In this document: one piece after another, positions 14,358 to 23,014 of the stretch
Layout of the letters: every line of letters starts with the position of its first letter
Numbering within the stretch: the stretch's first letter is position 1
Assembly: GCA_009917695.1 (NCBI GenBank)
Contig: JAACJG010000011.1
Span: forward strand, 156,997-181,345
Direction: 5' to 3'
From: Candidatus Rifleibacterium amylolyticum
GTDB taxonomy: Bacteria > Muiribacteriota > Ozemobacteria > Ozemobacterales > Ozemobacteraceae
Length of the DNA: 24,349 bases
Position numbers and translations under genes: made by a program
Notes under the pieces: generated by a model
Databases searched by the model: none
What the model saw: only the letters and a program-made list of their open reading frames with translations
What the model was told of the DNA's origin: nothing

Positions 14358-15475
14358 AGGTATAGTTCTTTGAGAAAACGGTCAGCGTCGACAAGGTCGA
14401 TGTTGCCGGACGACTGCTCGCGTTTGAGGTCTTTGACGACCTGAACCCCTTTAAGGTTGTATTTTTCGCAGAACCAGACAAGGCCGGCTGCGATTTTATC
14501 GCGATCGCTTTTTGCTTCGATTGCCATTAAGACCTGCTGGTCGCGGCACAGGCAGAAATCGACTTCCCTGCCCTCTTTTGTGCGCAGGTATTTAAGCTCG
14601 AGCCTGTCGCCGAGACAGTCGTTACTTGCCAGAACATGCTTGAGCAGGCTTACGGCGAGATGATTTTCGAATTTTGCCCCGATATCGCCAACTACCAGCG
14701 AAGTATCATAAAAATAGACCTTGGGGGCCTTCAAAATTGATCGGCCGATATTGCTTGAATACGTGTAAATCCTGAAGATAATGAACAACGACTCGAGAAT
14801 GCTGATGTAACGGGTAGCGGTGACTGGCGATATTCCGGCGTCGCGTGCGATCGAGGCGATTGAAAGCGGCGAACCGACTGAGCGCCGGAGAATCTCAAAG
14901 ACAATTTTTATCGCATTCAGGTCATTGATATTCTCAAAATTCAGAATATCGGTTCTGATAAGACCGTCAATATACTGATTGCGCCAGCGTCTGGCATCGG
15001 TATCGCTCTCAGCCAGAAAGGGCTCAGGGAAACCGCCGCGTTCGATGAAACGATCGATAGTGGCCAGTTCAGCATGTTCTTTTACTTCAGCCAGGGAAAA
15101 AGGAAGCAGACGATGCGCAAAAAAACGGCCGGCCAGCGAGTCGCCGGTCTGTCTGAATGCATCGAGGCGGGCACTGCCGGTCACCAGAATTCTCAGGCCT
15201 TCTGCTCTGGTGTCGAACACACCTTTGATATAGTTCTTCCAGCCGGGCATCTTGTGCAGTTCATCGAGTATCAGCAAATCAGTATTTCTGGGCCAGGACT
15301 CAGCCTTGATAATCTGCTGATCTTCGAAGCGATCGTAATTCAGATACTGGCTGTGCTTGAATTTTCTGGCGATTTCCTTTGCCAGCCAGGTTTTGCCGAC
15401 CTGCCGGGGGCCGACAATGAAGACAATCTTCTTTTCGAGGTCATGAAGAATCTGATCGATCTGATTTCTGCGCAT
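14354..15475 (-). CDS. AAA-family ATPase (AAA_14 domain plus DUF4143 type)
   Basis: It has a Walker A motif (IVGPRQVGKTW), a Walker B motif (LLILDE) and a C-terminal region typical of COG1373-like ATPases. Confidence 0.8.
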   Translation of the reverse strand: MRRNQIDQILHDLEKKIVFIVGPRQVGKTWLAKEIARKFKHSQYLNYDRFEDQQIIKAESWPRNTDLLILDELHKMPGWKNYIKGVFDTRAEGLRILVTGSARLDAFRQTGDSLAGRFFAHRLLPFSLAEVKEHAELATIDRFIERGGFPEPFLAESDTDARRWRNQYIDGLIRTDILNFENINDLNAIKIVFEILRRSVGSPLSIASIARDAGISPVTATRYISILESLFIIFRIYTYSSNIGRSILKAPKVYFYDTSLVVGDIGAKFENHLAVSLLKHVLASNDCLGDRLELKYLRTKEGREVDFCLCRDQQVLMAIEAKSDRDKIAAGLVWFCEKYNLKGVQVVKDLKREQSSGNIDLVDADRFLKELYL

Positions 15476-15497
15476 ATGACTATTTTATACCAGACTG

Positions 15498-15541
15498 ACA
15501 AATAGTCAAGACTATTTGTTATTACGGTAAAAAATAGTCAA
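15498..15541. promoter_or_regulatory. Operator-like element: the palindrome ACAAATAGTC-AA-GACTATTTGT (15498-15519) plus a third direct copy of AAATAGTCAA at 15532-15541
   Basis: Read directly from the sequence. It lies 23-66 bp upstream of the ATPase gene start on the minus strand, and downstream of the gspF-like gene. Confidence 0.45.
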
Positions 15542-15544
15542 ATG

Positions 15545-16504
15545 TTATTTGATACTGTCGAGGCCGGAAAAGATCGAGGAGCCCATGCTGATAATGATAT
15601 AGGCGACAAAACCGGCGATTGGCAGGAAAAAGAGGATTGGCAGCAGTTTGCTGATGACCTGGATCTTGTGGCGGGCGTCGTCTTCGAGAAAATCGCTGGT
15701 TTTTTTCAGCATTTCCGGGAGCTTGCCGCTCTGCTCGCCGACCGTGATCATTTCTTTAATCGTCGAGGGAAGCGCGTTGACCGACTTGAAGCCGTCAGCC
15801 AGCGAACCGCCGCGTTGAATCGAAGCTTTGAGGCTCGACAGTTCCTTTTCGAGCCAGGCATTCGAAGTAACGCTGATCGAAGTTTCCAGACACTGCCCCA
15901 TCGAGACGCCAGCCTGCAGGCCGACACCGAGAGTGCGCGTAAAACGGCACAGTGCCAGTTTCTTGACTATTGTTCCGAAAAATGGAATCTGAACGAGAAT
16001 CGAAGCGACTCCGGAGGTTGACAAGAGCCGGTAAACGCCATAAAGTCCGGCAAGAATGACGGCATATATACCCACAGACCTGGCAATGCCCCAGGGGATC
16101 GAAGGCGCAGTTCCCTTTGCCAGAACAGATTCGAGAATCGGCAGCATCATCAAAGCGAGAAACAGCAGAAACAGCGGATAAGCCATCGATGAAAGAATTT
16201 CGCGCTCAAGATTCATCTCTTTGTCTGCGTATTCAGCCAGGGTTCCGCAGACTTCCGGCAGTGTACCGGTCTGTTCGCCAAACTTCGCAAAGCTGATCTG
16301 CATGCCGGTAAAAGGCTTGCCAGCGCGTTCCATGGCCGTCGAGAAAGCCATTCCCCTGTCAACTTCTTTTGCCATCTTTGCGACCTTGGCCTTCATGCCG
16401 AAGCCGCTGACATTTTCACTGAGAAGATGCAGCGTTCGGGCCAGGGTAACCCCCGACGCCAGCGAAGTTTCAAGCTGCAGAAAAAAGTCGCGCAGATTGC
16501 TCAT
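15545..16504 (-). CDS. Type II secretion / type IV pilus platform protein of the GspF/PilC family, in short form
   Basis: It has two T2SSF-like repeats with characteristic segments: ...MAYPLFLLFLALMMLPIL..., GVSMGQCLE... and EMITVGEQSGKLPEML. An AGGGGA ribosome-binding site precedes the start. Confidence 0.8.
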   Translation of the reverse strand: MSNLRDFFLQLETSLASGVTLARTLHLLSENVSGFGMKAKVAKMAKEVDRGMAFSTAMERAGKPFTGMQISFAKFGEQTGTLPEVCGTLAEYADKEMNLEREILSSMAYPLFLLFLALMMLPILESVLAKGTAPSIPWGIARSVGIYAVILAGLYGVYRLLSTSGVASILVQIPFFGTIVKKLALCRFTRTLGVGLQAGVSMGQCLETSISVTSNAWLEKELSSLKASIQRGGSLADGFKSVNALPSTIKEMITVGEQSGKLPEMLKKTSDFLEDDARHKIQVISKLLPILFFLPIAGFVAYIIISMGSSIFSGLDSIK

Positions 16505-16672
16505 ATATCGATCCCCTTAGCCAGAATTATTCAAATAAATGTTACACGTAAATACCGGGCAAATGCAATTAATCTGATAGTCGGGCGCGAAAAATTCATA
16601 TTTGACTGTTGCCTGCAAACACATGTGGAAGTACTATGTTAAGTAAACATATAAAGTATGGGGTGAAATATC

Positions 16673-17431
16673 GTGAAGCATTTTCTCCTGGCAATGCTGA
16701 TGACGGCATCTCTGGCGTGTGCCAGCGAATCTGCCGGCCAGGCTTCTGGAAGTTATGATCTCGATGCCGAGGCGCTGGTGCGGGCAGTCGAGACGCAGTA
16801 TCAGGGTGACCGTTCGCATGGCAAAATGCGCATGCTCATCAATACCCGCAGCTGGAACCGCACGCTCGAGCTGGAAATGTGGTCGGAGGGCCGCGAAAAA
16901 CTGCTGACGCGCATTCTGGCGCCGGTTAAGGAACGCGGCACCTGCACGCTCAAAGTCGATGACGACATCTGGAACTATATCTCGCGCATCGACCGGCTGA
17001 TCAAGATTCCGTCGAGCCTGATGGGAGACAGCTGGATGGGCAGCCACCTCACCAACGACGACCTGGTCAAGGAAAACAAGGTCGATAAGCTCTATAAGCT
17101 GGCTATTACAGAACGAATGAACAATGAAGTCACGATCACCGGCATACCCCTGCCGGATGCTGCCGTTGTCTGGGGCAGGATCGTCTACAAAATCGACACT
17201 GCCAGCCTGACTCCGCTGCTGGTCGAGTATTATGACGAAGAAGACGTCAAGGTCAGAAGCATGGTCTTTTCAGAATTCAAACAGATCGATCAGCGCTGGC
17301 TGCCTATGGTCTCACGCATCGTGCCCGAAGACAAACCTGGCGAATTCACCGAAATGCAATATCTCGAAATTGACTTTTCAGTTGACCTGCCGCGCGACCT
17401 GTTTTCGATCAAAAGTCTGAGAAACCGCTGA
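16673..17431 (+). CDS. LolA-like outer-membrane lipoprotein-sorting protein
   Basis: A GTG start leads into the signal peptide MKHFLLAMLMTASLACA. MRMLINTRSWNRTLELEMWSEG...DIWNYISRIDRLIKIPSSLMGDSWMGSHLTNDDL matches the LolA_like family. The stop overlaps the next ATG. Confidence 0.75.
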   Translation: MKHFLLAMLMTASLACASESAGQASGSYDLDAEALVRAVETQYQGDRSHGKMRMLINTRSWNRTLELEMWSEGREKLLTRILAPVKERGTCTLKVDDDIWNYISRIDRLIKIPSSLMGDSWMGSHLTNDDLVKENKVDKLYKLAITERMNNEVTITGIPLPDAAVVWGRIVYKIDTASLTPLLVEYYDEEDVKVRSMVFSEFKQIDQRWLPMVSRIVPEDKPGEFTEMQYLEIDFSVDLPRDLFSIKSLRNR

Positions 17432-18663
17432 TGATGATACTTCGCATTGCCTGGCGCAATCTCTGGCGCAACCGGCGGCGCACGCAGCTGACCATGGGCG
17501 CCATGATATTTTCATGTGCCATGCTGGTGTTTTCGCTGGGATACTACGATGGCTTCCTGTGGAGCCTGATCAACAACGCGACCGAAAAAGAAAACGGCCA
17601 CGTTTTTATAGCACTGCCCGGCTACTACGCCAGCCCCACCCTTGAAGACGCCTGCCCCGAAGCGATATCGAGCCAGATTCCGGAGAATGTGAAAAGTGAG
17701 ATCAAGGGCGTGTGTCCGCGCCTGCAGGCCTACGCCCTGCTCAGCTGTGGCACCGAGGAAGAAAACCGCACGCAGCCGGGGCAGATTATCGCAGTAGATT
17801 ATCAGGCCGAACTCGCCAACAGCAAACTGGCCGGTGATATTGTGAAAGGCGATTTTCTGACCGGTGATGCGCGCGAAATTCTGCTCGGCCAGGGACTTGC
17901 GCGCAAAATCAGAGCTGACATCGGCAGCGAGATTATCTTTTTCAGCAGCGCCGCCGATGGCTCGATCGCTTCTGAGATACTGCTGGTCAAAGGAATCTTT
18001 TCGTCAGGCGAAAACATGCGCGATTCGAGTCTCGCCATCATGAATCTCAAGGCGGCTCAGCGGTTGCTGGCACTCGAAGAGCGCGTGCACAGCCATCGCC
18101 TTTTTCTGCGTAACCCGATGCAGGCCGAAGAGATCGCCAGCCGGCTGAATGCAGCACAGAAAAGCCTTGAGGCAACGCCATGGCAGAGTATATTTCCGCA
18201 GATTGCTGATATTCTAAAGATCTGGCTGGGTGTACAGTTGTTCACCGTTGCCATTTATTATGCCGCCATGGCGCTGATAACCTTCAATACCATGTATATG
18301 GCCTTTCTCGAACGTATGCATGAGTTCGCGGTGATGCAGGCAATCGGGTTGACGCGTGGCCTGCTGGCCATGCTGATACTGTGCGAAAGTATTATCATGG
18401 CAACGGCGTCAGGAATTATCGGCACGGCAATCGGCGCCGGCGCCAATGTAGTTCTCTTTTACCACCCGATAGATCTCAGCCGCTGGATGGAAAGCATCAC
18501 CTGGGGCGGGTCTTCGATTCAGCCGATTCTTTTCTGTGTGCCGAGTCTGCTCTCGAATCTGCTGCCGCTGCTGGCCATGATTCTGCTCGGTTTCGCGGTA
18601 GCCGCGCTGCCGACCTGGCGCCTTTACCGGCTCAAGCCGGTCGAAGCGCTGCGGGAGGGTTGA
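17431..18663 (+). CDS. ABC transporter permease of the FtsX/MacB/LolC type
   Basis: The N-terminus MMILRIAWRNLWRNRRRTQLTMGAMIFSCAMLVF matches this family. It has a large periplasmic loop and a C-terminal FtsX four-helix region. Confidence 0.8.
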   Translation: MMILRIAWRNLWRNRRRTQLTMGAMIFSCAMLVFSLGYYDGFLWSLINNATEKENGHVFIALPGYYASPTLEDACPEAISSQIPENVKSEIKGVCPRLQAYALLSCGTEEENRTQPGQIIAVDYQAELANSKLAGDIVKGDFLTGDAREILLGQGLARKIRADIGSEIIFFSSAADGSIASEILLVKGIFSSGENMRDSSLAIMNLKAAQRLLALEERVHSHRLFLRNPMQAEEIASRLNAAQKSLEATPWQSIFPQIADILKIWLGVQLFTVAIYYAAMALITFNTMYMAFLERMHEFAVMQAIGLTRGLLAMLILCESIIMATASGIIGTAIGAGANVVLFYHPIDLSRWMESITWGGSSIQPILFCVPSLLSNLLPLLAMILLGFAVAALPTWRLYRLKPVEALREG

Positions 18664-18665
18664 AT

Positions 18666-19901
18666 ATGCTGTGGCTTAAACTCGCATGGCGAAATCTCTG
18701 GCGCAACCGCACCCGCACTCTCGTCCTGCTGGCGGTTATCTCGGGCAGTCTTGCCTTTGTCGCCTGGATGCTGAACGTCTCTTATGGCTCGTATGAAAAG
18801 ATGATCGAAGACGCAGTGCGCATGGGCAGCGGCCACCTCAGCCTGCATCACCCCGACTACCCGCAGGAACGCCTGAGCGAACTGTTTTTTTCGGGCAACG
18901 AAGCGATGCCGTTACTCGAAAACCGGGCCGGCATCATCAAGACGCTGCCGCGCCTGTATGTTTCGGCGTTGGCCCGAAGCAGCCGCGATAATCGCGCCGT
19001 CATGATTCTTGGCGTCGATTTCGAAGGTGAACTCGAAAACAACCCGTTGTTGCAACCGTCAAAAACCGTCAGCGGGAAGATTCCGGCTTCTGACACCCAG
19101 AATCTTGCTTATATCGGAAACAGGCTGGCCGAAAACCTGCGCATCGATGTCGGCAAAAAGCTTGTGGTCATGTTTCAGGATCTGTCGGGCGAGATCACTT
19201 CAAAGCTCTACCGTGTCGGCGGCATTTTTAAAAGTGGCGTTAATCAGCTCGACAGCGGGACCATCTTCGTTAACCGCCTTTCTCTGGCAACCGCGCTCGG
19301 CAACAGCGACGCCCTGCACGAAATCGCCATTCTGCTGGCTGACCGTGAGCAGCTGCCCGAGCAGCTGGCGCAGCTGCAGAAAGCCTGCGCCGGGCATAAG
19401 GATATCGCGGTTTTTTCCTGGGAAACGACTTCAAAACAGATCGCTGATGCGATCAAGATGGACAGCGCCCAGTTCAAATTCATGATTTTTCTGCTGTATG
19501 TGCTGGTAACGATCGGCACGATAAATCTGCTGCTGATGAGCATACTCGAAAGAACCCGAGAATTCGGCCTGTTGCGAGCCATCGGCCTCGACCGTCGGCG
19601 TATCGGCGGCCTGATTTTCTGCGAAGCGACGTTGCTGGGCATTATCGGTGCCCTGGCCGGGCTGGTTCTGACGATTGTTTTAAGTCTTTACAGCTGGCAT
19701 TATGGCCTCGATTTTTCGAATATGTTCGGCGAGGCTGAAGTTGCCGGCATGCTGGTCAGTATGAAGGTAAACAGCACCTGGGAATGGGATTGGATGTTCG
19801 GTCTCGCGGCCGGCATGGTAGTCGTCGTCATTCTGGCTGCGATCTACCCGGTTAAAAAGGCCCTGCGCGCGGCGCCGGCCGAAGCCATGCGGCATCACTG
19901 A
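18666..19901 (+). CDS. ABC transporter permease of the FtsX type, second copy
   Basis: ATG at 18666 gives MLWLKLAWRNLWRNRTRTLVLLAVISGSLAF. The ORF-track extension back to 18381 overlaps the previous permease gene in another frame and is rejected. Confidence 0.8.
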   Translation: MLWLKLAWRNLWRNRTRTLVLLAVISGSLAFVAWMLNVSYGSYEKMIEDAVRMGSGHLSLHHPDYPQERLSELFFSGNEAMPLLENRAGIIKTLPRLYVSALARSSRDNRAVMILGVDFEGELENNPLLQPSKTVSGKIPASDTQNLAYIGNRLAENLRIDVGKKLVVMFQDLSGEITSKLYRVGGIFKSGVNQLDSGTIFVNRLSLATALGNSDALHEIAILLADREQLPEQLAQLQKACAGHKDIAVFSWETTSKQIADAIKMDSAQFKFMIFLLYVLVTIGTINLLLMSILERTREFGLLRAIGLDRRRIGGLIFCEATLLGIIGALAGLVLTIVLSLYSWHYGLDFSNMFGEAEVAGMLVSMKVNSTWEWDWMFGLAAGMVVVVILAAIYPVKKALRAAPAEAMRHH

Positions 19902-19910
19902 GGAAATTAA

Positions 19911-20600
19911 ATGAGTATAGTATCAACCACAGACCTGAAACGTGTTTATGAAAGTGGCGCAACCGAGGTAAAAGCGGTTAACGGCGTCAGCCTGAGTATC
20001 GAAGCGGGCGAGTTTGCGGTTCTCGCCGGGCCTTCCGGCAGTGGCAAGACGACTCTGCTGAATCTGATCGGCGGGCTTGACCGACCGACAGATGGCAGCG
20101 TTCACCTCGATGGCGAACTGCTCAACGACAAAAGTGACGACGAACTGACACGGGCGCGGCTTTTCAAGATAGGGTTCATTTTTCAGGCATATAATCTGGT
20201 GCCGGTATTGAGCGCTTACGAGAATGTGCAGTTCATTCTGCAGATTCAGGGAGTTCCTGATTCAAAGCATGAAGAGCGCATCATGCCGCTGTTTGAAGAG
20301 CTTGGCCTGAGCGGGTTGGCGCATCGCCGCCCGGGCGAACTCAGCGGCGGCCAGCAGCAGCGCGTTGCAGTGGCACGCGCCATTGTCGGGCACCCTTCGA
20401 TCATTCTCGCCGACGAACCGACGGCAAATCTTGATTCAGAGAGCGCGGTAGCGCTGCTTAACCTGATGCATCGCCTCAATCTTGAACAGAAGGTCACTTT
20501 TCTGTTCAGCTCGCATGATAAAAAGGTCATAGACATAGCACAACGGGTCATCTCGATGCGCGACGGTAAAATCTGTGATGATCACAAAAAAACGCAGTAG
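19911..20600 (+). CDS. ABC transporter ATP-binding protein of the MacB/LolD type
   Basis: It has a Walker A motif (GPSGSGKTTL), the ABC signature LSGGQQQRVAVARA, a Walker B motif ILADEPT and an H-loop. Confidence 0.9.
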   Translation: MSIVSTTDLKRVYESGATEVKAVNGVSLSIEAGEFAVLAGPSGSGKTTLLNLIGGLDRPTDGSVHLDGELLNDKSDDELTRARLFKIGFIFQAYNLVPVLSAYENVQFILQIQGVPDSKHEERIMPLFEELGLSGLAHRRPGELSGGQQQRVAVARAIVGHPSIILADEPTANLDSESAVALLNLMHRLNLEQKVTFLFSSHDKKVIDIAQRVISMRDGKICDDHKKTQ

Positions 20601-20878
20601 TGGTCTGTCACATTTGAACTGCGGGGTAAAGTTGAGCTGAATGCGAAACAAGTTAAGCAGACAAAACAAGGGCGCAGGCGGGTTTCTCAGGCGCGGAAAC
20701 TTCGAGCCAGGCGACGTTGACGCAGAGCCATAGCTATACAACAATACTCACGCCTGGTGAGAGTTGTAGCGAATGAGATTCCGCCGAGAGCCCGGTATAA
20801 GCGGAGATTCTAAGATTTAATTCTTGAACTCTTATGTGACAGAGGAGTAGTGGTCTGACAAAGTTGAATCGCATGGTA
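20594..20878. repeat. Pair of imperfect direct repeats of about 35 bp (20594-20628 and 20844-20878, about 77% identical) flanking a 215-bp non-coding segment
   Basis: GCAGTAGTGGTCTGTCACATTTGAACTGCGGGGTAAA versus GGAGTAGTGGTCTGACAAAGTTGAATCGCATGGTAAA. The first copy contains the ATPase stop codon; the second precedes the downstream gene. Confidence 0.5.
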
Positions 20879-20965
20879 AAAAATGGTCACAGTGAAGAGA
20901 GTAGCGACGAAGCAATCCATCTGCCAATGGGATTAGCATCAGAGCTGGGCTTATGCCTCCTGCAT

Positions 20966-22195
20966 ATGCCACGTCGGGTTGCCGTCGCTTTGCTGCTGTG
21001 CATTGTTTTCGTGCTCCCCTGCCCTGCCGCTGATGATTTAAATTTTGCGACGCGGCAGATCGCGAATTTTTCTGATTATCCGCGGGCCTTCGAAGACACA
21101 GGACTGCTACCCGGAAGAGAATATGCACTGCAGTCGCTGACGCGCGTCATACATCATCGGCGCAGCGACAGGTACCGGCTTAAAATTGAACTTGAGCTGA
21201 CTTCGCTGTACAGCTCGCGCGAGCATCAGAACGCCATTCCGGCGGGCTGGCAGGTTGCCGGCAGCCGCTCAGGATACAAAGCGATCAAGACCGATGCCCG
21301 GCATTCTTACACCGACAGATGGCAGTCGCGTTCTGAGCTCGAACGCTGCGAGATTGCGTTTACAGCTGGAGAATTCGATATTCAGCTGGGCCGACAGCCG
21401 ATAAGCTTTGGCACCAGCCATTTTGTGCCGGTTTTAGACGTGCTGGCCCCTTTTAACCCCGGTTATCTCGACAGCACCTACAAACCCGGCGTCGATGCTC
21501 TGCGCATCAGAAAAGTCGCCGGCACCACCGGCGAAATGGAGCTGATTGCCGCCGCAGCGCGGGACTCAGAGGATTCTGCCGTTATCGGGCGTTACCGCGA
21601 TACTTTTTCGGGATTTGACGTCGAAGCCCTCGCCGGCCGTTTTCGCCGGCGCAATTTCTTTGGCATCGGCTGGGAAGGCGAACGTCGGCGCATCAATATC
21701 TGGGGCGAGGCGGCCATATTCGAACGAAACTCTTCTGACGGCCGGCATCTCGGCGGCTTTTCAGACGATCTGGCCGGCTCCTGGAGCCTGGGCTTTGAAA
21801 AGAGCATCGCGAAGCACTGGCGGGTCGGCATTGCCGGGCTGCATCAGGACTTTGGCGCCCGCAAGGTCGGCGATCTGACGCAGGCCTATGCCAGCACTCC
21901 TTTCCGGCAGGGCTGGATGCAGCTGGGGGCTTCTGACTATCTGATCGTCAGTTCGAACCGCGAGATCGGGCCGTTGAGCAGTGTCAACCTCAACGCGATG
22001 ATCAACCTTGTCGACAACTCGACTCTCTGGCAGCCGGTCTGGAAGATCAACACGTCTGATGAATCAGACATCAGCTTTTTCGCGTGGTTCAAGACAGGGC
22101 GCAGCCCGGCCTCAAGGCCGACCGGCCTCGAACTGCGCAGTGAATTCGGCGCGTTCGCTTCCGGCATCGGCATGCTCTACAGCCACTTTTACTGA
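20966..22195 (+). CDS. Putative outer-membrane beta-barrel protein with a signal peptide; the start could be upstream at 20864 (TTG)
   Basis: MPRRVAVALLLCIVFVLPCPAA is signal-peptide-like. The sequence is Gly- and aromatic-rich with alternating polarity, and the C-terminus ...GIGMLYSHFY is aromatic. It lies immediately downstream of the ABC transporter genes. Confidence 0.5.
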   Translation: MPRRVAVALLLCIVFVLPCPAADDLNFATRQIANFSDYPRAFEDTGLLPGREYALQSLTRVIHHRRSDRYRLKIELELTSLYSSREHQNAIPAGWQVAGSRSGYKAIKTDARHSYTDRWQSRSELERCEIAFTAGEFDIQLGRQPISFGTSHFVPVLDVLAPFNPGYLDSTYKPGVDALRIRKVAGTTGEMELIAAAARDSEDSAVIGRYRDTFSGFDVEALAGRFRRRNFFGIGWEGERRRINIWGEAAIFERNSSDGRHLGGFSDDLAGSWSLGFEKSIAKHWRVGIAGLHQDFGARKVGDLTQAYASTPFRQGWMQLGASDYLIVSSNREIGPLSSVNLNAMINLVDNSTLWQPVWKINTSDESDISFFAWFKTGRSPASRPTGLELRSEFGAFASGIGMLYSHFY

Positions 22196-22279
22196 GCGTT
22201 GTTTATTGAACGTGCGAAAAGCAATTACTTATAAGGGAAACAGCCCGAATCTGTTGTGTACAAAAGCTTGCCTGATGAG

Positions 22280-22891
22280 TTACTGCTCAGACATGTAGTA
22301 GTCGAACTCTTTGGCGCAGACGAGGCAGTATTGCGAATCGCGTTCGGCGCAGGTAAAAGATTCGCCACAGCCGGGGCAGACCTTGACCGGAAGAATCTCT
22401 TCTTTTTCGAGATTTTTGACGCGCACCCACTGCCAGCTGAAGATATTGCGGCCGCAGGCCATGAATTCTTCGGTGACCAGTTTGGCCGAAGCTGCCCGCG
22501 CATCCATGTCGGTGCGGACTTCCGGGGCTCTTTTCCGCAGAAAGAATTTATGCAGCTCAGGCGTCTTTTTTGCATCGATCTTTTTGAGATCGACATAGAC
22601 CCTGACGCCGCGGCCATCGGTGCGATCGTAGACAGTCAGCGCGTAGCGGCCGATGTTATCGTGAATGGTCAGATATTTGTTGCCGACGGTGCACCCGGTC
22701 AGCGCCTGAATTGCGTCGGTCAGGCAGGCTTTGGCCTCAGCCACAACGCCAAGTTTTTTGACTTTGCCGAGCTTATCGAGTCCGAGATTGATCATGGCGA
22801 CGCCGATCGGAACGCCGGGAGCTCGTATCGGGCTTTTACTGCGCAGCTGATATGCCTTTTCTACCTGTTCGAGAAATTCACTGTCATTCAT
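22280..22891 (-). CDS. FmdE-family protein (formylmethanofuran dehydrogenase subunit E-like) with a C-terminal C4 zinc ribbon
   Basis: A GGAG ribosome-binding site precedes the ATG at 22891. KACLTDAIQALTGCTVGNKYLTIHDNIGRYALTVYDRTDGRGVRV matches the FmdE core. The C-terminus reads CPGCGESFTCAERDSQYCLVC. Confidence 0.6.
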   Translation of the reverse strand: MNDSEFLEQVEKAYQLRSKSPIRAPGVPIGVAMINLGLDKLGKVKKLGVVAEAKACLTDAIQALTGCTVGNKYLTIHDNIGRYALTVYDRTDGRGVRVYVDLKKIDAKKTPELHKFFLRKRAPEVRTDMDARAASAKLVTEEFMACGRNIFSWQWVRVKNLEKEEILPVKVCPGCGESFTCAERDSQYCLVCAKEFDYYMSEQ

Positions 22892-23014
22892 TTTATACCG
22901 CTCCGTGACTTTGGTTGTGAATATTATTTCACTTCTCGGTAAAATATGCAATGCCCTTTAAATCGGCTTCGTTACAATGTATACTGGCCGCTAGACATAG
23001 CGCGTGGAGGTAAC

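Noticed and set aside
18381-18665. Upstream extension of the second FtsX gene (the 506-aa track ORF)
   Set aside because: It overlaps the C-terminal part of the first permease gene in another frame. Its composition is Arg/Ser-rich and non-protein-like. The ATG at 18666 gives the canonical FtsX N-terminus.
20600-20860. Possible tRNA or riboswitch in the 260-bp gap
   Set aside because: There is no cloverleaf and no T-loop consensus such as GTTCGAATC. I could not match it to any riboswitch class by eye. It is kept only as an unexplained repeat-flanked segment.
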